DNA from: a virus | Strand: one strand, 5' to 3' | Virus record (IMG/VR): IMGVR_UViG_3300029811_000147 | Coordinates: 1 to 43,093 of that record | Length of the DNA: 43,093 nt | Shown: positions 1 to 8,609 of the stretch, piece after piece | Numbering within the stretch: position 1 is the stretch's first letter | How the letters are laid out: every line of letters begins with the position of its first letter | Notes under the pieces: generated by a model | The model's database searches: none | Seen by the model: the letters and a program-made list of their open reading frames with translations, nothing else | Told to the model about the DNA's origin: nothing | Made by a program: the position numbers and the translations under genes

Positions 1-141
1 GAGAAAAATTATGGCGGCTGATTACCAGGCGATAGTTGATGCGCTCGATGCGGCGATCACGAGCTGGATAGGAAAACCGGTGTCGATAAACGTATCTGAT
101 TTTTCGATTACCTATCGCAGCCTCAAAGACCTTATAGACGC
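1..141. repeat. Terminal direct overlap; bases 1-141 are identical to 42953-43093 (circular assembly closure or terminal redundancy)
   Basis: Read directly. gagaaaaattatggcggctgattaccagg recurs at 42953 and matches to the last base of the window. Confidence 0.95.
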
Positions 142-229
142 CCGCCGGCATTACGCGAAGCTGGCAATCACTAAAAAGACCGGCAGGGGATTTACGATAA
201 CAAACCTGAAGGCGGGGGACGCCAGATGA
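11..229 (+). CDS. gpW-like head-tail joining protein
   Basis: 72 aa. Overlaps the start of the lambda-family portal by ATGA, as W precedes B in lambda. Size and sequence character fit the gpW family by eye. Confidence 0.55.
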   Translation: MAADYQAIVDALDAAITSWIGKPVSINVSDFSITYRSLKDLIDARRHYAKLAITKKTGRGFTITNLKAGDAR

Positions 230-1722
230 AAATACTCGGCCTGGAAATTAAAAGAACGTCAAGACAAACGCAGAGGCGCAGCGCGGCGCCTTATCGGCTG
301 CGGGCCGGTGACTTTCTGCGGACTTACGATGCGGCCGCAATCAATCGCCACAATATAAAGCATTTTCTTAACGCCGACGGACGCGATGCCGACGCCCTGA
401 TACGAGAGAGCCTGCCGACGCTTCGCAACCGTGCGCGGTACGAAATCAGGAACAATTCATACGCAAAGGGGATTACCGAGACCAAGGCCAACGACATTGT
501 AGGCACGGGACCGCGACTGCAGCTCCAGTCGGAAGATACGGAATTCGACCGAAAGGCCGAGGACGGGTTCGGACGGTGGATGCTCGACTGCGACGCCGGA
601 GGCAAAATGACGTTCGCCGACATACTCAGACTGGCCGGCTCATTGCAGCAGGACGACAGCGGTGAGTCAATTACCATTTTAACAAATGCCGAGCAGGAAA
701 AGCAGTGGACAAAGGCAAAACCACAGGTGCGGCTGCGACTGCAAATCATCGAGCCGGACAGGGTGACAACCCCGATAGCTGTACTCGGCAATATCGGGCT
801 CGATACCGAAAAGATACGGGACGGCGTCGAAGTCGATGAATTCGGCAGGCCGCAATACTATTACATACTAAAAAAACATCCCGGCTCGACGTCGGCTTTC
901 GGAGGCTTCGGCGCAGTCGGTCAATACGATAAGGTGCCCGCCGCCTACGTGATTCATCTCTACCGGCAGGACAGGCCGGGCCAGACGCGGGGGGTCCCCT
1001 GGTTCACGCCGGCAATACCTCTGTTCGCATACCTGAGGCGCTGGACACTGGCAACCATAGCGGCGGCGGAGACGGCCGCCAATATATCGGCTGTCCTCGA
1101 AACGGTACCAAGCGGGATAGAGGTGGATGCGGTCGAGGTGGGCGAAGAGGTTGAGATTGCACGCAACGCCATGCTGACGCTGCCGGACGGGGCGAAAATG
1201 AATCAGTTCAAGCCGGAACAACCGTCGTCGACATACAAGGAATTCAAGGCCGAAATTCTAAACGAAATAGCCCGATGCCTGAACATGCCGTACAACGTCG
1301 CGGCCGCCAATTCATCGGGATACAACTATGCATCGGGCCGACTGGACTGGCAGGTATATTTCCGGTTCATAAAGACCGTGCAGGGCTGGATAGAAAGGAA
1401 ATTTTGTAACCGCGTATTTTTTGCCTGGCTCAAAGAGGCCATGCTGACGCCGGGCCTGCAGCTGCCCATGGTCAATCCCTTCAAACTAAAGGTCCAGTGG
1501 TTCTGGCCGGGCCAGGAGCACGTGGACCCGGTCAAGGAGGCGGTGGCCCAGAGAATAAAACTCAAAGAAAGCAAAACGACGAACTTAGCAAACGAATACG
1601 CAAAGCAGGGCCAGGACTGGGAAAGAGAGCTTGAACAAAGGGCGAGGGAGCTGGAGAAGATCAAGGAGCTGGGCTTAGATACAGAAACGATACTGCCTAA
1701 AACAGGTATCAATAAGTCATAG
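226..1722 (+). CDS. Portal protein, lambda gpB family
   Basis: 498 aa. N-terminal stretch NRHNIKHFLNADGRDADALIRESLPTLRNRARYEIRNNSYAKGITETKANDIVGTGPRLQ fits the conserved lambda-type portal signature. Lies between gpW-like and capsid genes. Confidence 0.85.
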   Translation: MKILGLEIKRTSRQTQRRSAAPYRLRAGDFLRTYDAAAINRHNIKHFLNADGRDADALIRESLPTLRNRARYEIRNNSYAKGITETKANDIVGTGPRLQLQSEDTEFDRKAEDGFGRWMLDCDAGGKMTFADILRLAGSLQQDDSGESITILTNAEQEKQWTKAKPQVRLRLQIIEPDRVTTPIAVLGNIGLDTEKIRDGVEVDEFGRPQYYYILKKHPGSTSAFGGFGAVGQYDKVPAAYVIHLYRQDRPGQTRGVPWFTPAIPLFAYLRRWTLATIAAAETAANISAVLETVPSGIEVDAVEVGEEVEIARNAMLTLPDGAKMNQFKPEQPSSTYKEFKAEILNEIARCLNMPYNVAAANSSGYNYASGRLDWQVYFRFIKTVQGWIERKFCNRVFFAWLKEAMLTPGLQLPMVNPFKLKVQWFWPGQEHVDPVKEAVAQRIKLKESKTTNLANEYAKQGQDWERELEQRARELEKIKELGLDTETILPKTGINKS

Positions 1723-1735
1723 GAGATATTAAAAA

Positions 1736-3943
1736 ATGCGGGCGAAAAAGACAAAAAAAACCGAAAGGCAGACCCGTGACCTTACCACGCGCACCTATCA
1801 ATTACGGACAGATACGCTCGATGAAAAGACCCGCTCAATTGAGGCGGTGATTGCTACCGAAGCGCCGGTAATGGTTCTGGACTGGACGAGATTTCAGATT
1901 GTTGATGAGGTGCTTCTTATGACGGGCTGCCGGATTCCACCCGCCGGCCAGGTGGCGATGCTCGATACCCATAATCTCAGTACGGTCCAGAAACAATTAG
2001 GCAGTACGAGAGAGCTGCGTATCGAAGGTGATAAACTGAACGGACGGAACTTCTTCAGCAATTCAAAGGAGGCTGAGCACGCCTGGGTGCTGACGAAAGA
2101 AAAGCATCTGACGGACAACTCGATTGGCTATCGAGTAATCAACTCCGTTCTGATTGAGGCGGGCAAGACGGTGGAAGTGGAGGGCAGGGAGTTTACGGCA
2201 TCGCCCGACAGACCGCTTCGCGTAACAACCGAATGGGAAGTTAAGGAAAACAGCGTCTGCCCGGTGGGCGCTGATGTTGATGCAAAGAACAGGAATGAAC
2301 CACAAATTATTATAGGAAAGGACAGAACAATGGACAAGTTTAAGAAATGGCTGAAAGAAAGAGGCCTCAAACTCGACGAGCTCGGCGATGAGCAGCGGGA
2401 TGCGTTACGAACCGACTTTGATGCCGAGCAAACACGGGCCGATGATGCCGTTGCGGCTGTTGCGGCCGAGCGCGAACGGGTCAACGCCATCAGGGCGCTC
2501 GGTGGCGATGATGTGCCGGACGAGGTCATCGAGCGGAGCATCACCGACGGCAAAACCGTCGAAGAGACGCGGGCGGAAATCACGGCCGTACAAAAGCGGA
2601 CCAAAATGACGGGAAATATTGACCCAGGCAAGGTTGCAGCCGATGCCGTTACGGCCGAGCGAGAGCGGGTCAATGCCATCAGGTCGCTCGGCGGCGATGA
2701 TGTGCCGGCCGAAGTCATCGAGCGGAGTATCACCGAAGGCAGGACGCTCAACGAGGCACGGACGGAGGTCCTTAGCGCCATCCGTCAGAACCGCCCCTCA
2801 GTCGGCTCACCGGCGATCCACATCCAGAGCGGCGAAATGACCAGGATGCTGCTCGAAGATGCGATGCTGACGCGGGCCGGGCAGGAGGCCATTATCCTCG
2901 AGGACAAAAAGACCGGTGAGCAGCGGGCCGAAGAGGCGCGGAAACATCATGACATCTCGATGTTCGACGTCTGCCGTCATGCCCTGATGCTTGACGGCGG
3001 GAACGTTCCGACGGGAAGGGACGAGACCATTCGTGCGGCCTTCTCGACGGCGTCATTGCCGATTATACTCGGCAACATAGCCAATAAGAGCCTCTTAAAG
3101 GGCTACACCAGCGTGCCGGCGACGTGGCAGAAGTGGTGCTCGATTGGCTCGGTCTCGGACTTCAAGGAGGTCACCGGCGCTCGGTTGACCGATACGGGAG
3201 CGCTGGAAAAGGTCCCCAACAGCGGTGAGGTCAAGTACGGAGCGGCGCTGGAAGAATACGAGAAGTACAGCGTGGCTACATACGCCAAGAACTTCGGCGT
3301 CACCCGCCAGAACATCATCAACGACGATTTGCGGGTCATTACCAGGATACCGCAGGCGATGGGAGCGAAGGCGGGAAGAAAGGCAGGCGACCTTGTCTAT
3401 GCACATTTGCTGGCGAACGGCGCGATGACCGACACCGTCGCACTGTTCCATGCAACCCACAAGAACCTCAATATCACTGCTACGCTTGCAAAAGCCACGC
3501 TGGCGACCTGCGTGACGGCATTTGCAAAGCAGACGGACAAGGAAGGTCAGCCGATCAACGTGGAGCCGAAAATCCTTTTGGTGCCGCCGGACCTGCGAGT
3601 CACCGCCCTGGAGCTGGTCAAGCCCGGCGTGATTGTCATAACAGGCAGTACAGATGCAGTCAGGCCTGCCTATAACGCCCTTGGCGATCTGAATATCGAA
3701 GTGGTTTCCGAACCCAGGCTCTCCAATATATTGTATTCCGGGTATTCGACGACGACCTGGTTTATGATTGGAGACCCGAACATCGTGGACACTATCGTTG
3801 TCGCATTCCTTAACGGCCAGCAGACACCGACAATCGAGCGGTTCAACGCGGGGCCGGACGTGATGGGAATCATATTCCGCATGTTCATCGACGTCGGATG
3901 CAAGAGCCTGGACCATCGCGGGATGCAAAAAAACACAGCTTGA
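1736..3943 (+). CDS. Fusion protein: HK97 gp4-like (S78) prohead protease, two scaffold-like repeats, and Mu gpT-like HK97-fold major capsid protein
   Basis: 735 aa. N-terminal LDTHN and SIGY fit the S78 His and Ser motifs. The middle has two ERERVNAIRxLGGDDVPxEVIERSI repeats. The C-terminal half (RQNIINDDL, LLVPPDL, WFMIGDP) fits gpT-type major capsid proteins. Confidence 0.75.
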   Translation: MRAKKTKKTERQTRDLTTRTYQLRTDTLDEKTRSIEAVIATEAPVMVLDWTRFQIVDEVLLMTGCRIPPAGQVAMLDTHNLSTVQKQLGSTRELRIEGDKLNGRNFFSNSKEAEHAWVLTKEKHLTDNSIGYRVINSVLIEAGKTVEVEGREFTASPDRPLRVTTEWEVKENSVCPVGADVDAKNRNEPQIIIGKDRTMDKFKKWLKERGLKLDELGDEQRDALRTDFDAEQTRADDAVAAVAAERERVNAIRALGGDDVPDEVIERSITDGKTVEETRAEITAVQKRTKMTGNIDPGKVAADAVTAERERVNAIRSLGGDDVPAEVIERSITEGRTLNEARTEVLSAIRQNRPSVGSPAIHIQSGEMTRMLLEDAMLTRAGQEAIILEDKKTGEQRAEEARKHHDISMFDVCRHALMLDGGNVPTGRDETIRAAFSTASLPIILGNIANKSLLKGYTSVPATWQKWCSIGSVSDFKEVTGARLTDTGALEKVPNSGEVKYGAALEEYEKYSVATYAKNFGVTRQNIINDDLRVITRIPQAMGAKAGRKAGDLVYAHLLANGAMTDTVALFHATHKNLNITATLAKATLATCVTAFAKQTDKEGQPINVEPKILLVPPDLRVTALELVKPGVIVITGSTDAVRPAYNALGDLNIEVVSEPRLSNILYSGYSTTTWFMIGDPNIVDTIVVAFLNGQQTPTIERFNAGPDVMGIIFRMFIDVGCKSLDHRGMQKNTA
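2441..2782 (+). repeat. In-frame tandem duplication (about 189-nt period, 63 aa) inside the protease-capsid fusion gene
   Basis: gccgttgcggccgagcgcgaacgggtcaacgccatcagggcgctcggtggcgatgatgtgccgg recurs as gccgttacggccgagcgagagcgggtcaatgccatcaggtcgctcggcggcgatgatgtgccgg. Confidence 0.9.
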
Positions 3944-3944
3944 T

Positions 3945-3982
3945 ATTTGAATTTTGGATTTTGAGTTTTGAATTCTTATAAC
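3945..3982 (+). repeat. Family A heptamer array (atttgaa ttttgga ttttgag ttttgaa ttcttataac)
   Basis: Starts 1 nt after the capsid gene stop (3941-3943). Upstream of CDS 4016. Confidence 0.9.
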
Positions 3983-4015
3983 AAAAATTGGTTTACAAAA
4001 AAGAGGTGACCAAAA

Positions 4016-4336
4016 ATGGTAAAAACAAAAATTGCGTGTCCCTGCGGTATGGAGACCCACCTGGTCATGCTGGACGGCAAGTGGCATTACGATGTGGACA
4101 AGCACGGCAACGGGGAATTGGCTGAAGGATGCTTTAACTGCCGTGCACCTTTGAAAACCGAAGATGAGCCAGCCGAAGGGCCGGTTGTTACCGATAGAGG
4201 GCAGCCGAAAGCTCTCTCGGATATGACGAAATCATTGAAGACGGCAAAGACGAGCAGCCGGAAGCCAGCAAAGACGAGCAGCCGGAAGCCAGCAAAGACG
4301 AGCAGCTTGAAGCCGGAAATTCCGGGACAGTCATAG
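4016..4336 (+). CDS. Small Cys-containing (CPC...CFNC) protein with a KTSSRKPA x3 C-terminal repeat
   Basis: 106 aa. RBS agaggtga lies upstream of the ATG. The C-terminus is encoded by a 3 x 24-bp tandem repeat and the left arm of a family B element. Confidence 0.5.
   Translation: MVKTKIACPCGMETHLVMLDGKWHYDVDKHGNGELAEGCFNCRAPLKTEDEPAEGPVVTDRGQPKALSDMTKSLKTAKTSSRKPAKTSSRKPAKTSSLKPEIPGQS
4244..4315 (+). repeat. 3 x 24-bp tandem repeat, gcaaagacgagcagccggaagcca
   Basis: Read directly. In frame within CDS 4016..4336. Shares gcaaagacg with the core of family B elements. Confidence 0.9.
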
Positions 4337-4389
4337 TGGCAATGGCAAGAGCCATGCCCCTTGGCAAAGACGATGACAGTCCCGAATTT
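4317..4389 (+). repeat. Family B compound hairpin element, copy 1
   Basis: Left arm aaattccgggacagtca, centre tggcaatggcaagagccatgccccttggcaaagacg, right arm tgacagtcccgaattt. Confidence 0.9.
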
Positions 4390-4436
4390 AAGAAGCCGGA
4401 AGATACGGACGACGGCGAATAAAAGCATCAGAAGAA

Positions 4437-4457
4437 TTTTGAGTTTTGAATTATAGC
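4437..4457 (+). repeat. Family A heptamer array (ttttgag ttttgaa ttatagc)
   Basis: Read directly. Upstream of CDS 4493. Confidence 0.85.
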
Positions 4458-4492
4458 TAAAGGTTAAAAACTTTTTTGGGAAAGGACAAATT

Positions 4493-5278
4493 ATGAACAC
4501 TGAAGGACAGAATTATCAGGCCGGAGATTTCCTGGATTACACCCCGGCAGCGGTCAAGGTCGCCGGTGAAATGGTCCAGGTGGGCGGCCAGGCCGGTATG
4601 TGCGCCACCGTCATAGCGGCCAGTACCCTCGGGGCCTTACAGGTCAAAGGCGTTATCAAGGTCCGCGCTGCGGCGGTCACCGGTGGTGACGGGGACATTG
4701 TCGGATGGGACGAAGACGGGGACCCATACGGCGGAACGGCGGGAACGGGCGCTGCCACTACCATCCTGGCGGACGCCGATTTCCTGCTCGGCTCGTTAAG
4801 AAAGGCGCTAACGGCAACGGACGGCGAGGCCATCGTTAGTCTGAACGATTACGGGCACGTGCACATGACGCTGACAAAGATTACATCCGCCGAAATCCTG
4901 CTTCTGGCAACGACACAGAAAGAATTGATACCCGCGCCGGGGGCGGACAAGGTCACTCAGGTTTTGGGCATTCAAATGAGTCTGAATTACGGCTCGAACG
5001 TCTTTACCGAACCCTCGGCGCCGGATGACCTCGAGGTTGTTTACGATGCGGCCAGCGGCACCTCAATTGCCGATGTTTTAGGCGACTTCATTATAAGCAG
5101 CGCCGATACCATCGCCCAACCGCAAATAAAGGACATCGCAGGGGCGGCGGCAACGACGATGGTGAACAAGGCGGTGGTGCTCGACAACAACGGCACCGAC
5201 TACGGCGGCAATGCAGGAGACGATTCGGAACTTATCGTAATATGCACCTATGTAACTCACAGGGCAGGGTTAGCTTAA
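4493..5278 (+). CDS. Head decoration or cement protein; DUF2190-like N-terminal domain plus a C-terminal extension
   Basis: 261 aa. NYQAGDFLDYTPAAVKVAGEMVQVGGQAGMCATVIAASTLGALQVKGVIKV fits the DUF2190 pattern. Lies next to the capsid gene. RBS aaagga. Confidence 0.55.
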   Translation: MNTEGQNYQAGDFLDYTPAAVKVAGEMVQVGGQAGMCATVIAASTLGALQVKGVIKVRAAAVTGGDGDIVGWDEDGDPYGGTAGTGAATTILADADFLLGSLRKALTATDGEAIVSLNDYGHVHMTLTKITSAEILLLATTQKELIPAPGADKVTQVLGIQMSLNYGSNVFTEPSAPDDLEVVYDAASGTSIADVLGDFIISSADTIAQPQIKDIAGAAATTMVNKAVVLDNNGTDYGGNAGDDSELIVICTYVTHRAGLA

Positions 5279-5282
5279 TTTG

Positions 5283-5332
5283 CCTTTCCATTCTCCGCAG
5301 TACGACTGCGAAGGATGAATTATCGTTTCGGT
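5283..5332 (+). repeat. Element E copy 1, a 50-nt hairpin-containing element; inverted copy at 30011-30063
   Basis: cctttccattctccgcagtacgactgcgaaggatgaattatcgtttcggt equals the reverse complement of 30011-30063 except for 1 substitution and a 3-nt indel. Confidence 0.9.
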
Positions 5333-5384
5333 TGACGGGCCCCTGCGTTTGTCTGTGCCGAGCGGACGCGGGGGCGCTCGTCCT

Positions 5385-5410
5385 GAAATTCCGGGATAGT
5401 CCCGAATTTC
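5385..5410 (+). repeat. Family B minimal hairpin (gaaattccggga tag tcccgaatttc)
   Basis: The two arms are adjacent and form an 11-bp stem with one bulge. Confidence 0.8.
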
Positions 5411-5424
5411 ACGAGATACGAATT

Positions 5425-5799
5425 ATGACTACGTTGCGAGAACAAATAGCGATTGACCTGGCGGGGCTCGTCGATGAGGGCGAATTGAGTGAAGAAATCA
5501 GCTATACGCCCAAAGGCGGCGATGCCAAAACTATAAACGCTTTGGTCGGCCCGCTCGATACCGAAATCGAAGACGATGAGCTGGGCGAGACGAAGGTCAA
5601 GAGACGACGAATCGTCATACTTACCGATGCCGCCAGGGGAATAGCAGCACCGAAAATAAATGACCTTATCACCCTGGGCACCGATATATGGCGGGTCTCT
5701 GCGATCGAGGCGGAAGGGTTCGGTAAGGCGACGCTGTCAATAGTTCTGGGCGAGACCGAAAGTAAGCATCACGAACAGTATAAGCGGAAAATTGAATGA
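5425..5799 (+). CDS. Hypothetical virion protein (possible head-tail adaptor, by position only)
   Basis: The ATG at 5425 was chosen because the upstream part of ORF 5242..5799 is translated repeat and hairpin sequence. 124 aa. Confidence 0.5.
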   Translation: MTTLREQIAIDLAGLVDEGELSEEISYTPKGGDAKTINALVGPLDTEIEDDELGETKVKRRRIVILTDAARGIAAPKINDLITLGTDIWRVSAIEAEGFGKATLSIVLGETESKHHEQYKRKIE

Positions 5800-5844
5800 A
5801 AAAATTAGCCACAGATTACACGGATAAACACAGAAGGTGAAGTT

Positions 5845-6048
5845 ATGGCTTTAACAGAAGGTGATAAAGCGGAATGTAAAGAGATAGCAAGGGTAATCGT
5901 CAAAGAGGTCCTGGTGGAGCACATTGCAAGCTGCCCTCATGGAAAAACCCTATTGGCCAGCAAGATGTTTCTATTCGGTATTTGTGTAGGCAGTGGTTTT
6001 GCCGGCGGCAGTATGGCCCTTGCAATTGCAAGGGTAATCTTTGGATGA
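5845..6048 (+). CDS. Small membrane protein with one C-terminal TM helix
   Basis: 67 aa. RBS gaaggtga. Hydrophobic C-terminus MFLFGICVGSGFAGGSMALAIARVIFG. Confidence 0.5.
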   Translation: MALTEGDKAECKEIARVIVKEVLVEHIASCPHGKTLLASKMFLFGICVGSGFAGGSMALAIARVIFG

Positions 6049-6058
6049 TGGCGGCAAA

Positions 6059-6223
6059 ATGAAAACGATAAAGAAATTGTTAGATAAGCTGAGTTTGACC
6101 GCTCACGAATTGGCCTTGCGGGCGACTGAACCCGACGAGTTTATCGCCGTTAATGATTTGGAGATAGCCATCCACGAGGCAGAAAAAGTCTTTGAACGGA
6201 CGAAGGATATAAACGGAGAATAG
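6059..6223 (+). CDS. Hypothetical small protein
   Basis: First ATG in ORF 6041..6223, which opens with TTG. Weak RBS. Confidence 0.35.
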   Translation: MKTIKKLLDKLSLTAHELALRATEPDEFIAVNDLEIAIHEAEKVFERTKDINGE

Positions 6224-6226
6224 ATA

Positions 6227-6562
6227 ATGCAAATACGAGTAACGAAAGTATCTATTGAAGATGCCGGTGAGCGATTTCGGGGCAAGCTTCTCAATGTCAG
6301 GGTGAATCTAAAACTGTGGCCGGATGGTGTAGATATTAAAACGGCTCAGCCGGTCTTTGACCAGAACCTTGATACTAAGTATCCAACTGAAGTTGAGGGG
6401 AAGACCTCCGACGAGCTACGTCTTTGCTGGCGTGAAAAGACAAAAGAGGCACTTCGTATAATGGTCAAGAAATATAAAAACCAACAAACACAACAAACAC
6501 AAATTAACGAATTATCACCGGTAGTCGATGCTACCCTGGCAGAAATAAATATAGAGGAATAA
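6227..6562 (+). CDS. Hypothetical protein
   Basis: 111 aa. RBS ggag. Tightly packed with its neighbours. Confidence 0.5.
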   Translation: MQIRVTKVSIEDAGERFRGKLLNVRVNLKLWPDGVDIKTAQPVFDQNLDTKYPTEVEGKTSDELRLCWREKTKEALRIMVKKYKNQQTQQTQINELSPVVDATLAEINIEE

Positions 6563-6565
6563 GCT

Positions 6566-7180
6566 ATGGCGGATTTGACACCAGATAAAGGTCAATTGTT
6601 AGACTGGTCTGCATTAAATCCTGGAGGCGTTCTTGAATCAGGTGAATTGACGGAAAGCCAGAATGTCGATAGTGCACTTAGATTCTTCCTGCACATTGAT
6701 ATGGCACATAAAGATACAAACGCAGCAGGAGACCCTGCGGGATTCAAAATACTTATTAGTGCCGGTGATACCGACGAAGACTGGCATGAGATGGGTGTTG
6801 ATTACGAAGCCGATGGAGGTAGTGCTGTTTTACAAGCTTTGGCGGCGGCAAGCGGGCCGGGTCAGGCATACCCCGAACGTATTGAGCTTGCAGAAACATC
6901 TTACTTTGAGACTCCGGGGGCGTCTTTTTTCCTTCTGGACGACACAATTGTGAATTCGGAAGTGATTTATGTTAAAAGCTGGTCTGTGGATGATTATGTA
7001 AGGGCACTAGATAACCTCTCACAAGACCACGATGCGAGCGATAGTTTATCTACGATTCTCAACCGTTGGACAATCAGAATACCGACAATGCACAAAGCCA
7101 AGGTCCTCTTTTATGACAAAGATGACAATGCTGCCTATGCCTGCCGGGTTCAATGGTCGTGCTCAAAGGACATAGAATGA
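6566..7180 (+). CDS. Hypothetical protein
   Basis: 204 aa. RBS agagga. Its stop overlaps the next start (ATGA). Confidence 0.55.
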   Translation: MADLTPDKGQLLDWSALNPGGVLESGELTESQNVDSALRFFLHIDMAHKDTNAAGDPAGFKILISAGDTDEDWHEMGVDYEADGGSAVLQALAAASGPGQAYPERIELAETSYFETPGASFFLLDDTIVNSEVIYVKSWSVDDYVRALDNLSQDHDASDSLSTILNRWTIRIPTMHKAKVLFYDKDDNAAYACRVQWSCSKDIE

Positions 7181-7818
7181 AAAAGCCGTCCGTTTATATT
7201 GCTATTCTTAACACCGGGACAAAGAGAACGGAGTATGACAAGCTCATTATGCCCCGGATGATGGCCACTCCGGGAGTTGATGTGTTTTTAGAGAATCCGG
7301 TAAAGAGCCGTTCCGTGCCTGTTACAAGTAACCGGAACGGTATTTCCAAGCGATACAGGGCAGCTGACCACGATTATTTGCTGCTGCTGGATGATGACAC
7401 CGTCCCATTTGATAACCCTGTTGAACTGGTTTTTGCTAAAAAAGACATCATTGGCTGTCCATATCGAATATATCAGAATGGAAAGCTGTATTGGTCCGCC
7501 TGGATTCATAATGGTGAAGGATATGTTGCCGTAGATTTAGATAAAACTGTGTGCGGTGAACTGCTCGCAGTCGATGTAGTGGCGACTGGCTGTATTCTCA
7601 TTAAACGAAAAGTATTAGAGCAGTTAAAGGCTCCCTTTAATGCTGTTTTTGATGAGGACGGAATTCCTAAACTTGCGGAGGATTTTAACTTTTGTCGCAG
7701 GGCAAAGGAAGCAGGATTTGAGATATACACCACACCCAAAAGACGCTGTGAGCACTTTAAGACCGTAGGTGTGTACGGTTTGGAACAAGATATAAAGAAG
7801 CAATTACAAAAATGCTGA
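7177..7818 (+). CDS. GT-A fold glycosyltransferase (family 2-like)
   Basis: VYIAILNTG start, DxD-type motif YLLLLDDDTVP, then ATGCILIKRKVLEQL and EDFNFCRRAKEAGFEIY, all typical of GT2-like enzymes. Confidence 0.65.
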   Translation: MKKPSVYIAILNTGTKRTEYDKLIMPRMMATPGVDVFLENPVKSRSVPVTSNRNGISKRYRAADHDYLLLLDDDTVPFDNPVELVFAKKDIIGCPYRIYQNGKLYWSAWIHNGEGYVAVDLDKTVCGELLAVDVVATGCILIKRKVLEQLKAPFNAVFDEDGIPKLAEDFNFCRRAKEAGFEIYTTPKRRCEHFKTVGVYGLEQDIKKQLQKC

Positions 7819-8609
7819 CAAGACAAAAACCACAATTAGGGCAGTTGCCGGATTATACGAGGTTTCCTTGGCCTAACGCTCTCTGGCCGTTTATCAAGGC
7901 TGGAAATCTTATTGATTTGAGTGGGAATAAACTTACAGGGACTTTTAATGGCAACCCACAATGGATTGGTTCTGCGTTGGATTTGGATGGTACAGGGGAT
8001 TATGTTACTGTTGTCGATAATAACAAATTGGGTTTTCAGGGAGCAAATGACAATTTTACTATTATCGCTAAAATAAGACCTGATGTGATAAATGCACACC
8101 AAGGCATAGTTTATAAAGATGATTCAGAATTTGGCCCTACTAATGATGATTTTTGGAGAATGCACCTCTGGAGCGATAACAAAATCACGTGCTCTCTTGA
8201 TGCGATAGACTTTAGCTCGGCAACGGGCGTGTGTGCAGTTGGAGTGGATGTACACATTGCAGGTGTGTTTGATAAAAGTGGGTATGGACGGATTTACATA
8301 AATGGTGTAGCAAGTGGAACGCCAGTAGCTTTGAATAATGAAATTCTTAACCTTGCTACCCAGAAAATTTATATTGGTCATCATCACCCTGACTCAGGTG
8401 GCGATTTTGATTTTGATGGTCTAATATATTATGTAATGATTCTTCCCTTTGCTCTCACAGCCCAACAAATCACCTATCTCTACCAACATCACTTTCCTTG
8501 GTTTGAGGAGGACCCGGTTAGCCATTTGTATGTGCCGGGGGCACCGCCGACCGTTAAGCCTGCTTGGTATTATAATCAAATGACGGCAATGATGAGGAGG
8601 TCAGCGTAA
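7812..8609 (+). CDS. LamG / concanavalin A-like lectin-fold protein
   Basis: DLSGNKLTGTFNGNPQWIGSALDLDGTGDYVTV...FTIIAKIRPD...HIAGVFDKSGYGRIYINGV is a classic Laminin_G_3 pattern. Confidence 0.7.
   Translation: MLTRQKPQLGQLPDYTRFPWPNALWPFIKAGNLIDLSGNKLTGTFNGNPQWIGSALDLDGTGDYVTVVDNNKLGFQGANDNFTIIAKIRPDVINAHQGIVYKDDSEFGPTNDDFWRMHLWSDNKITCSLDAIDFSSATGVCAVGVDVHIAGVFDKSGYGRIYINGVASGTPVALNNEILNLATQKIYIGHHHPDSGGDFDFDGLIYYVMILPFALTAQQITYLYQHHFPWFEEDPVSHLYVPGAPPTVKPAWYYNQMTAMMRRSA

Noticed and set aside
3095-4105. 336-aa minus-strand ORF, with similar long antisense ORFs at 324..791, 2128..2781, 11605..12162, 15799..16329, 17162..17668, 18851..19327 and 31437..31973
   Set aside because: All lie antisense to well-supported + strand genes in GC-rich sequence, where stop-free antisense frames are expected. 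They have no RBS and low-complexity Arg/Ser/Pro-rich translations.
5242-5424. N-terminal 61 residues of ORF 5242..5799
   Set aside because: This part translates element E, a GC hairpin and a family B minimal hairpin. The ATG at 5425 gives a compact 124-aa protein.
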